Source: Spirochaetia bacterium
GTDB lineage: Bacteria; Spirochaetota; Spirochaetia; SZUA-6; Bin103
Assembly (NCBI GenBank): GCA_965203905.1
Contig: CBDBDQ010000005.1
Location: forward strand, 2,688,001-2,752,000
Reading direction: 5' to 3'
DNA: 64,000 bases
The translations under genes were made by a program, and so were the position numbers. The notes beneath the pieces are model-generated. The model had not been told where the DNA came from and made no database searches. It saw only the letters and a list, made by a program, of their open reading frames with translations. Positions within the stretch are counted from its first letter, which is position 1, and each line of letters starts with the position of its first letter. This document shows positions 1 to 7,691 of the stretch, piece by piece.

Positions 1-251
1 ATCAGCGCCACGCCGGCGTAGACCAGCACGAACACCAGGCCGGCGCTGGTCGGCTTGCCGACCGCGGCCTCGGTGTCCACGGCGTAGGCACGGCCCCGGT
101 CGCGCGGCAGACGGTCTTTCAGGGAGGGGAGCAGAATCCACGTCAGCAGGCCCGACAACACGATGGCACCACCGGCCAGGAAGATGTGGGAGGTGAGGAG
201 GCGGAACGGGCCGTACAGGGGTTGCAGGACCTCGCCGAGGAGGAAGAGCAC
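1..251 (-). CDS. mraY: Phospho-N-acetylmuramoyl-pentapeptide transferase, 5' part (runs off window edge)
   Basis: Not in the ORF track; manual translation from GTG 251 gives MLFLLGEVLQPLYGPFRLLTSHIFLAGG...LPRDRGRAYAVDTEAAVGKPTSAGLVFV, resembling spirochaete-type MraY N-termini (GPFRLL, K-P-T-x-x-G loop). Confidence 0.8.
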   Translation of the reverse strand, partial: MLFLLGEVLQPLYGPFRLLTSHIFLAGGAIVLSGLLTWILLPSLKDRLPRDRGRAYAVDTEAAVGKPTSAGLVFVLVYAGVAL

Positions 252-433
252 GTGTCCGGAAACGTAGCCGGGCATGCGCCGGTGGTCAAGAAAGCCCGGC
301 GCCCGCGGCGCCGCCAGCGGGCGTCCGGTGACGCGGTGGTGACGCGATCCGGCTACTTCCGAAAACCCCGCAAAAGGCGTAGGCTGCTGGTCTCGGTGCC
401 GGACCTGGACCGGGCGCGCACCGCAGGAGGGGT

Positions 434-1909
434 ATGGGCGAGCACATCAGTCACAACTGCGGCCTCTGCGTGACCCATACGCTGCACGACGCCTACTCGT
501 TCATCAAGACGCTGCAACATCGCGGCCGCGACGCGGTCGGGATCGCCGGTATCGGCCCCCGGAGCATCGACGCCGTGAAGTGGATCGGCACGGTGGAGAC
601 GGTGGACCTGGTCGACCTGCACAAGATCATGCCCAGCTCCGGCTACCATACCTTCCTGGCCCACGTTCGCTACGCCACCAAGGGCAGCAAGCGCAGCCTG
701 CTGGCGGATGCCCACCCCCACGTGATCGGCGGCCACACCACCGACAACGGCAGCCACGTCATCTCCACCGGATGCGACGCGGTAGCGGTGCACAACGGCC
801 ACGTCGAGGACCGCTTCCTGGAGGGGTTCGACACTGGTTCCGGCAACGGGAGCGCGGGTAGCTGCGATACGGAACGACTGCTGCGATTGTATTGGGAGCG
901 GGGTGAGCAGGAGTTGATGGAGGGCGTGCCCGGCGCCTACACGATGGCTCTCGCCGACCGCCGGCGGAAAGACGTGCTGGTGCTGCGCGATCGCACCGGC
1001 ATCCGCCCCGGCGTGCTCGGCATCAAGGACGGCAAGCACGTGGTGGTGTCCGAGGACATCGCGCTGCGCAAGAACGGCGGCGACTTCCTGGAGGACCTCG
1101 ACCCCGGCGCGGTCTATTTCCTGGACCCGGACGGCGACTACCGGAAGCGGCAGCTGGCGCCGCCGGCGCTGGCGCATTGCTTCTTCGAGTGGAACTACTT
1201 CGCCGACCGCGATTCCATCGTCGAAGGGCTCTACGTCAAGAAGCTGCGGCGCGCCCTGGGCGAGATGCTGGCGGAAGAGCTGGACCTGGAGCGGGTCGAC
1301 TTCGTCAGCTACTTCCCGCGCGCTCCCGAGGATGCGGCACGCGGTCTGGCGCGGGTGTCCGGCAAGCCGTTTCAGCCGCTGTTCTACAAGCTGCGCGGCG
1401 AGCGGGCGTTCCAGGGTCCCACTCCGGACGAGCGTTCGCAGTCGATCTCACAGAACATCTACCTGATTCCCGGCGTGGTCAGCGGCGTACGCGGCCGTTC
1501 GGTGCTGGTGGTGGAGGATTCCATCGTCCGCGGCACCAACATCCACCGCGAGCGGGCGCTGCTGGAGGAGGTCGGCCTGAGCGACGGCTATCATGCCCTG
1601 TACACGCCGCCGATCGGGATCATCGGCGACGACGGGGTGCCGCGGGGCTGTCGCTTCGGTATCGACATGCCGCCCAACGATACCTTCTTCGCCCGCGACC
1701 GCAGCATGGAGCAGATGCGTGAAGCCGTGGGAGCGCAGGTGGTCTACCTCACCAAGGAAGGGATGCTCAAGGTGTACGACCGCCTCGGGATCGCGCCCGA
1801 GAACCTGTGCACCTACTGCATCGGCGGTCCCTATCCCTATGCCAAGGCGGGGTTTCCGGATACGACCCAGGAGCCCGCCGTGGAGCGCGCGGCGGCGGCG
1901 GAGTGCTGA
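434..1909 (+). CDS. purF: Amidophosphoribosyltransferase (Fe-S type, short propeptide)
   Basis: Propeptide then nucleophile Cys (HN-CGL), LQHRG, HVRYAT, HNG, PRPP loop VVEDSIVRGT, Fe-S cysteines HCFFE, GCRFGIDMP, LCTYC. Confidence 0.9.
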   Translation: MGEHISHNCGLCVTHTLHDAYSFIKTLQHRGRDAVGIAGIGPRSIDAVKWIGTVETVDLVDLHKIMPSSGYHTFLAHVRYATKGSKRSLLADAHPHVIGGHTTDNGSHVISTGCDAVAVHNGHVEDRFLEGFDTGSGNGSAGSCDTERLLRLYWERGEQELMEGVPGAYTMALADRRRKDVLVLRDRTGIRPGVLGIKDGKHVVVSEDIALRKNGGDFLEDLDPGAVYFLDPDGDYRKRQLAPPALAHCFFEWNYFADRDSIVEGLYVKKLRRALGEMLAEELDLERVDFVSYFPRAPEDAARGLARVSGKPFQPLFYKLRGERAFQGPTPDERSQSISQNIYLIPGVVSGVRGRSVLVVEDSIVRGTNIHRERALLEEVGLSDGYHALYTPPIGIIGDDGVPRGCRFGIDMPPNDTFFARDRSMEQMREAVGAQVVYLTKEGMLKVYDRLGIAPENLCTYCIGGPYPYAKAGFPDTTQEPAVERAAAAEC

Positions 1910-1986
1910 GCCCAGGCTCGGTCCGGTGACCGCCGCTCGGTACCTGCCGCAAGACGACAGGCACCGAGCTCCGGCGGGAACTCAGC

Positions 1987-2008
1987 GCCGGCGCACAGGT
2001 GCGCCGGC
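1987..2008. terminator. GC-rich hairpin between convergent purF and futA
   Basis: gccggcgca-cagg-tgcgccggc, perfect 9 bp stem; no U-tract. Confidence 0.35.
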
Positions 2009-2026
2009 CGGTAGGGCGGTCTGCCC

Positions 2027-3064
2027 CTAACGCCAGCCTACCTGATCGAAGATCTTCACTGCGGCGGTGTTGTTCTCGCCCAGCAGGTGCAGGCCGAGCG
2101 TATCGGCCTTGAGCTCGCCCCACGACTGCAGCAGCGGTGCCGGCCGCACGTTGCGGTTCACCGGGTACTCGTAGTTGGCATGCGCCCATTTCCGTTGCGC
2201 CGTCTCGCCGGCGAGGAACTCCAGCAGGCTGAGAGCTCCGGCCGGATTCTTCGAGCTCGCGGTGATGCCGGCGCCGCTCACGTTGACGTGGGCGCCGCGG
2301 TCGCCCTGGTTGGGCAGGAACACCCGTACCTGCTCTCCCACCGCGCGTTGCTCGGCGTCGGAGGAATTCAGCATGAGCCCGACGTAGTAGGTGTTGACCA
2401 CGGCGATGTCCCCCTCGCCGGCCGCCACCGCCGACATCTGGCCGCGGTCGTTGCCCTTCGGGGTACGCGCCATGTTGGCGACGATTCCGGCGGCCCACTC
2501 GCTGGCCCCGCTCTCGCCGTGGTTGGCGATCATCGATGCCAGCAGCGACTGGTTGTAGATGTTGGAGGAGGAGCGGATCAGGATGCGGCCGCGCCACTTG
2601 GGATCGGTGAGCGCCTCGTAGGTGCTCAACTCGCTCGGATCGACGCGGTCGGGGTGATAGACGATGACGCGCGCCCTGCGGGTCAGCGCGAACCAGTAGC
2701 CTTCGGGATCGCGCAGGTTCTCGGGAACCAGGTCGTTCAGCACCGGTGACGTAGCCGGCTGCAGCAGACCCGCTTCCTTGGCGCGGTGCAGGCGTCCGGC
2801 GTCCACGGTCATCAGGATGTCGGCCGGAGACTCCGCGCCCTCGCGCATCAGCCGCTCGATCAGCTCGTCGGAGCCACCCTCGATCAGGTTCACCTTGATC
2901 CCGGTCTGCTCCTCGAAGCTCCGGTAGAGCTCCAGATCCACGTCGTAGTGACGATGCGAGTAGACGTTGACCTCGCCCTCGCTCGCGGGCGCGGCGACCA
3001 CGCCGCTCACCGGCCCGAGCAGTGCCGCCGCCACCAGCAGCGGCAGCCAAATGCCATACCTCAT
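2027..3064 (-). CDS. futA: Fe(III) ABC transporter substrate-binding protein (FutA/IdiA/FbpA family)
   Basis: Signal peptide; VNVYSHRHYDVD, SPADILMTVDAGRL, YNQSL, NTYY, GAHVNVSG, NYEYP motifs; SD GGAGG upstream. Confidence 0.9.
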   Translation of the reverse strand: MRYGIWLPLLVAAALLGPVSGVVAAPASEGEVNVYSHRHYDVDLELYRSFEEQTGIKVNLIEGGSDELIERLMREGAESPADILMTVDAGRLHRAKEAGLLQPATSPVLNDLVPENLRDPEGYWFALTRRARVIVYHPDRVDPSELSTYEALTDPKWRGRILIRSSSNIYNQSLLASMIANHGESGASEWAAGIVANMARTPKGNDRGQMSAVAAGEGDIAVVNTYYVGLMLNSSDAEQRAVGEQVRVFLPNQGDRGAHVNVSGAGITASSKNPAGALSLLEFLAGETAQRKWAHANYEYPVNRNVRPAPLLQSWGELKADTLGLHLLGENNTAAVKIFDQVGWR

Positions 3065-3077
3065 GGAGGCACCTCCC

Positions 3078-3132
3078 TTAAGGAAGTTAATTTAGTGGCA
3101 TTAACATTAAGTAGCCTTAACCAACAGGTCAA
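3078..3132 (-). promoter_or_regulatory. Sigma70-like promoter of futA with overlapping putative DtxR/MntR-family metal box
   Basis: Minus strand TTGACC(3132-3127)-N17-TAATGT(3109-3104); palindrome TTAAG-TAGC-CTTAA (3107-3120) and five TTAA units in an AT-rich island. Regulator identity is inference. Confidence 0.6.
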
Positions 3133-3362
3133 GCGCAACGTCGGGTTTTCTTGCGCGGTGTGGGCGGCGCCTCAGGTACCTTCGCTTATGATGTTGACGT
3201 AGCGGTCGTATGCGAACAGGCGGTTGCGCCTTCTCCCCGTCAGCTCGCGCACGACTCCGACGCGTTCGAGGGTGCGCATGGCGTTGGCCGCGGCCGGAAA
3301 CGACAGTCCGGCCTGCGCGGCCGCATCCGGCACCGATCTGACAGGGCGTTCTTTCAGAGCCT
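3099..3362. repeat. Direct repeat copy 1 (~263 bp: promoter + 3' end of fic)
   Basis: Aligns by eye with 5367-5629; differences are mostly synonymous. Confidence 0.93.
3172..3362 (-). pseudogene. 3' fragment of a fic gene (C-terminal HTH only)
   Basis: ALKERPVRSVPDAAAQAGLSFPAAANAMRTLERVGVVRELTGRRRNRLFAYDRYVNIISEGT differs by 3 aa from the C-terminus of the Fic at 5439-6500. Confidence 0.85.
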
Positions 3363-3548
3363 TGGTAGACGCGGTCTCTCCGACTTGCGGGCTGAGGTCG
3401 TCTCGCCGATTGCCGGGCAGGTTTCTTGACGTTACCCTTAGTTGGAATAGTAGCAACCATAGCCGTGGAGAACGGAGGATGCTCATGGTGGCTGCTAGTC
3501 CGGCCGGCCTGCCGTGGCACGGGTAACCGATTCCGGTCGAATGAGAAC

Positions 3549-4760
3549 ATGGTAGCACGAGCTGAGAACATCAACCCCGCGATCCTGACGTGGGCTCGGG
3601 AAACGGCCGGCCTGTCGCTTGAGGAGGCGGCCGCGCGGCTTGGGCTCGCTACTGGTGCTCGAAGTACTTCGACGCAAAAACTCGAAGCGTTCGAGCGTGG
3701 CGAGTCTAAGCCTACCCGCAACCAACTACTCAAGATTTCGGCGGCTTATCGTCGCCCCCTGACTGCGTTTTATCGAGCAGCTCCTCCTGTGAGGGGTAGT
3801 CGCGGCGAAGATTTTCGGACCGTGGTCGGAGCGAGGCCCAAGAACGAAGCGCTGCTTGATGCCCTTCTCCGTGATATCCGCGCGCGCCAGGATATGGTGC
3901 GCTCCATCCTCGAAGATGACGAAGATGTCGAGCAACTCGCGTTCGTCGGTTCGATGCCGATTGACCTGCGTGCGATAGATGCAGCACAAACCATCCGGAT
4001 GGCGCTTGGCATCGACGAAGACCCTACCATGCGGGTTATACTGGGGAGGTCATCCGACAGGATCTTCGCCACTCTCAGAGACCGAGTGGAAGCTCTTGGT
4101 GTTTTCGTGCTCCTCATTGGGAACCTCGGATCATATCACACGAATATCGACGAGAACGTATTTCGAGGTTTCGCGATTGCCGACGAAATCGCGCCATTCA
4201 TCGTGATCAATGAGCAGGACGCAACCACTGCGCAGTCATTCACTCTGCTACATGAGCTTGTGCATGTCTTCACGGGATCCACCGGTGTAAGCGACGCTCC
4301 ATCCACCGCTACGCCGCGTACGCGCTTGGCGCGAGTAGAGAGATTCTGCAATGACGTGGCTAGCGAGGTACTCCTGCCACAGGAGTCTCTGGCTACAGTA
4401 GCCGGACTAGATGACTTGAACACCGCCTTCAGTGCGATCGGCGAAGTCGCCGTACAACGTAGCGTCAGCGAAGCCATGGTTGCCTACCGGTATTGGCGGG
4501 CTGGTATACTGGACGATGTCATCTATCGACAACTCGCAACGAACTATGCCGCCCGGTGGCGGGCTGCGCGAGCACGTCGCCGCGAACTGAATCAAGAAGG
4601 ATCTGGACCAACCTACTACGCCGTTCGAAAGCACCGTCTCGGCAATTCACTGATCAGCCTCATCCGACGCACCCTGCGAGCGGACGAGTTGACGCACACC
4701 AAGGCCGCCCAGGTGCTTGGCGTGAAGTCGAGCAGCGTCGAGCCGCTATTGAAAGCGTGA
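3549..4760 (+). CDS. XRE-HTH + ImmA/IrrE Zn-metallopeptidase
   Basis: INPAILTWARETAGLSLEEAA...FERGESKPT HTH; FRGFAI; FTLLHELVH (HExxH); ERFCNDVASEVLLP. Start moved to ATG 3549. Confidence 0.9.
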   Translation: MVARAENINPAILTWARETAGLSLEEAAARLGLATGARSTSTQKLEAFERGESKPTRNQLLKISAAYRRPLTAFYRAAPPVRGSRGEDFRTVVGARPKNEALLDALLRDIRARQDMVRSILEDDEDVEQLAFVGSMPIDLRAIDAAQTIRMALGIDEDPTMRVILGRSSDRIFATLRDRVEALGVFVLLIGNLGSYHTNIDENVFRGFAIADEIAPFIVINEQDATTAQSFTLLHELVHVFTGSTGVSDAPSTATPRTRLARVERFCNDVASEVLLPQESLATVAGLDDLNTAFSAIGEVAVQRSVSEAMVAYRYWRAGILDDVIYRQLATNYAARWRAARARRRELNQEGSGPTYYAVRKHRLGNSLISLIRRTLRADELTHTKAAQVLGVKSSSVEPLLKA

Positions 4761-4793
4761 TTCCCAACGCGAGTTCCTGAATCGGTTTAGGAC

Positions 4794-5279
4794 GTGCTTT
4801 ACCTGCTTGACGCCAATGTCCTGATTCGGGCCCATGAGGACTACTATCCGCTCGACCGCATTCGTCCATTCTGGGATTGGCTGCTATCCGAAGCCTCCGC
4901 GGGCCATGTGAAGATGCCGTTCGAAATCCACGATGAAATCGCAACCGCGCACGGTCCATTGAAGGACTGGATTACGAAGTCCGAAGTCAAGTCAGTGCTT
5001 GTTTTGGAGGAAGAGGTTGATCAAGCTGTATTCAACCATGTCCTTGATACCGCATACGCACACGACTTGACCGATGACGAACTGGAAGAAGCCGGCAGGG
5101 ATCCGTTCCTTGTAGCGTATGGTCTAATGGGGAAGAATCGCACTATTGTTACGAAGGAAATCAGTAAACCGACAAAGATCCGTGGGCGTCGTAAACTGCC
5201 GGACGCCTGTGATGTCATGAACATTCCCTGGGTAACCGACTTCCAATTCTATCGCGCCCGAAATTTCCACATCTCATGA
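4794..5279 (+). CDS. DUF4411 family PIN-like protein (putative toxin/RNase)
   Basis: YLLDANVLI, FWDWL, DPFLVAY, IVTKE, KLPDAC motifs; directly downstream of the IrrE gene, as is usual for this family. Confidence 0.85.
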   Translation: MLYLLDANVLIRAHEDYYPLDRIRPFWDWLLSEASAGHVKMPFEIHDEIATAHGPLKDWITKSEVKSVLVLEEEVDQAVFNHVLDTAYAHDLTDDELEEAGRDPFLVAYGLMGKNRTIVTKEISKPTKIRGRRKLPDACDVMNIPWVTDFQFYRARNFHIS

Positions 5280-5366
5280 GCATGTAGTATCTCGGATTCG
5301 TGAACTATGCTTGCTTACCACGATGACCACAATGTATGGCGCTAACTACCGGTCCCCAAGCGCGCA

Positions 5367-5629
5367 CATTAACCTTAAGTTACATTAACCAACAGGTCAA
5401 GCGCAATATCGGGTTTCGTGCGCGGTGTGGGCGGCCCCTCAGGTGCCTTCGCTGATGATGTTGACGTAGCGGTCGTATGCGAACAGGCGGTTGCGCCTTC
5501 TCCCGGTAAGTTCGCGCGCGACCCCGGCGCGTTCGAGGGTGCGCATGGCGTTGGCCGCGGCCGGAAACGAGAGCCCGGCGTGCGCGGCCGCGTCCGGCAC
5601 CGATCTGACAGGGCGTTCCTTCAGGGCTT
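5367..5629. repeat. Direct repeat copy 2 (promoter-like segment + 3' end of fic)
   Basis: Near-identical to 3099-3362; retains minus-strand TTGACC(5400-5395)-N17-TAAGGT(5377-5372). Confidence 0.93.
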
Positions 5630-6500
5630 CGTGCACCCGCAGTGCCGAACCGGCCGCGCGTCCCTGCCGCTGGATTCGCGCTTGATCCTGCTGAAACAGC
5701 TCCTGGAGGCGCTGCGCGGTGGACACTGCCGCCGCCGCAGTCTGCGCCACGCCGTCAAGAAAGAACGTCAGCCACGCTTCCCAGTCCCCATTGCGCCGCA
5801 CCGTATCGAGCAACTCGTAGTAGCGTTGGCGGCGCTGCTTGAAGTAGAGACTCAGATAGAGCAGGGGTTTGTCCAGCACGTCGTAGTGGTAGAGCAGCAA
5901 GGTGATCAGCAGCCGTCCGACGCGGCCGTTGCACTGGACGTGCGCGAGCCCGGCGCGCAGCAAGGCCGACATCCCAGGGACCGACGCATGCAAGAAGCGC
6001 TCCAGATCCGACATGCAGTCTGCCACTTCCTGCGGCGGCGGCGGCACGAAGGTCGCGTTACCTGGACGGGTGCCACCGAGCCGGCGATGGACCTCGCGCA
6101 GCAGCCGATTCGACAGAGGGAACCCCGCATCGAGCCGCTCGAGGCCATGCTCCAGTGCGGCAACGTAGTTCGACACCTCGATCACGTCGTCGGTGGGTAC
6201 GCCGGGCCGCTCCGGCAACTCGAACAGGAGAAGCTCCTGAATGGAGGACTGCGTGCCCTCAATCTGCGAGGAGAGCAGTGCCTCCTTTCTGACGTAGGTG
6301 TAGAGAAACCACAGCGGCGCCGGCAGCAGCGTCGAGATTCCCTCCAGCCGCCCGAGCGCCAACTGTGCCTGTTCCAGCGGCCCGAGCAACGTCGCCAGGT
6401 CCAGCGCCGGAACCGGCGGCAGCGGCGCCGGCACGAACGCCCGTACCTGCTCTCCGCCGCCAGACGTGATTACATACCGTCCCGTCTCGCCGCGTCTCAT
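5439..6500 (-). CDS. Fic family protein (Fic_N + Fic + C-terminal HTH) with catalytic motif deleted in frame
   Basis: YVRKEALLSSQIEGTQSS, EVSNYVAAL, GGTRPGNA, LYLSLYFKQ, GDWEAW. Reads HVQCNGRVGR where the family has HVQFETIHPFLDGNGR. Confidence 0.88.
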   Translation of the reverse strand: MRRGETGRYVITSGGGEQVRAFVPAPLPPVPALDLATLLGPLEQAQLALGRLEGISTLLPAPLWFLYTYVRKEALLSSQIEGTQSSIQELLLFELPERPGVPTDDVIEVSNYVAALEHGLERLDAGFPLSNRLLREVHRRLGGTRPGNATFVPPPPQEVADCMSDLERFLHASVPGMSALLRAGLAHVQCNGRVGRLLITLLLYHYDVLDKPLLYLSLYFKQRRQRYYELLDTVRRNGDWEAWLTFFLDGVAQTAAAAVSTAQRLQELFQQDQARIQRQGRAAGSALRVHEALKERPVRSVPDAAAHAGLSFPAAANAMRTLERAGVARELTGRRRNRLFAYDRYVNIISEGT

Positions 6501-6651
6501 GCGACCGCCAGCCTTTCCCAATTCAACATGTTTTCATTGCGTTGGAGGTTATTAAGGATCATAGCCGCATCATTTAATAACGCTCAAGCGCAAGTGGTCA
6601 CTATCACGAGTCGTCGGTGATCGTCATAATTACTGTACTGAGGGTTCGCGA

Positions 6652-7560
6652 ATGACCCGGGAAGCCTTGCATCGGAAGCTGGACGAACTGAACGTCTGGA
6701 AGCGTGGCAATGAGCGCGCTCCCCACAAGCCCCTGTTGCTGCTCCTCGCCATGGGACGGGCGGTGCGCGGAGAGGATCGTCTCGTATCCTTCCGCGAGAT
6801 CGAAGCGCCGCTGACCGGCCTGCTGCGGCACTTCGGCCCGCCACGCCGTGCATACCACCCCGAGTTCCCGTTCCGGCATCTGGCGAGCGACGGGCTCTGG
6901 GAGGTACCGGAGGTCTCCTCCTGGAGCAAGAAGCACTTGCGGGATCGAGGCGTGAAGGGTGGCCTGCCGGAGCCGTTGTATCGGTTGCTGACGGCAGACC
7001 CCGTCAGTGCGCGGCTCGCCGCCCGCCGGCTGCTGAATGGACACTTCCCCGTTTCGATGCACCAGCACATCCTGGAGGTCGTAGGGTTGTGGGACGTCGA
7101 CGAGCCGGAGGCAGGGGCATCCCGGCGACTCCGACGCGACCCCAACTTTCGCGAGGCGGTGCTGACCGCCTACGAGCGGCGCTGCGCGGTCTGCGATTTC
7201 GATCTGCGCCTCAAGGATGACCTGCTGGGGCTGGAAGCCGCGCACATCCAGTGGCACTCCCACGGCGGTCCCGATCAGGTGGCCAACGGGCTGGCCCTGT
7301 GTACCTTCCACCATGGGGCGTTCGACCGTGGAGCGATCGGCTTGGACAAAGCCTCGGGCGGGACCGGTTACCGGCTCGTCGTATCGCGAGAGGTTCACGG
7401 AACGAGCCCGGCCGTACGCTGGCTCCTGGACTACCATGACAGCCCGATACGTCCGCCTCAGGAGGGGATCGGCGAACCCGGAGATCGGTATGTTGCATGG
7501 CACACCAAACAGGTGTTCCGCGCCCCGCCCCGCGGGTACGCCCGCACGTCAGCCTGCTGA
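6652..7560 (+). CDS. SBD-HNH endonuclease (phosphorothioated-DNA-dependent restriction enzyme-like)
   Basis: N-terminal RAPHKPLLLL and PEFPFRHLASDGLW sulfur-binding-domain-like motifs; C-terminal FREAVLTAY, CAVC, LEAAHI, NGLALCTFHHGAFDRG HNH. Confidence 0.82.
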   Translation: MTREALHRKLDELNVWKRGNERAPHKPLLLLLAMGRAVRGEDRLVSFREIEAPLTGLLRHFGPPRRAYHPEFPFRHLASDGLWEVPEVSSWSKKHLRDRGVKGGLPEPLYRLLTADPVSARLAARRLLNGHFPVSMHQHILEVVGLWDVDEPEAGASRRLRRDPNFREAVLTAYERRCAVCDFDLRLKDDLLGLEAAHIQWHSHGGPDQVANGLALCTFHHGAFDRGAIGLDKASGGTGYRLVVSREVHGTSPAVRWLLDYHDSPIRPPQEGIGEPGDRYVAWHTKQVFRAPPRGYARTSAC

Positions 7561-7691
7561 TGAATTGCATGCAATATTCAAGTTGCAATGGAAAATTGCA
7601 CGCGATTGCTCCGGGTTGATGGCCGAACCCGGGGTAGCTTGTCGGTAGCACCGCCTCGTAGGACGGGCGCTCGAGGGGCGTTTGGTTGTCG

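Noticed and set aside
3172-3558. 128 aa ORF as an independent gene
   Set aside because: Only the last ~63 aa are Fic-derived; the rest is unrelated sequence antisense to the IrrE upstream region.
7561-7610. AT-rich TTGCA/TGCAA cluster after the HNH gene
   Set aside because: Could be an orphan operator, but no downstream gene or second copy supports a function.
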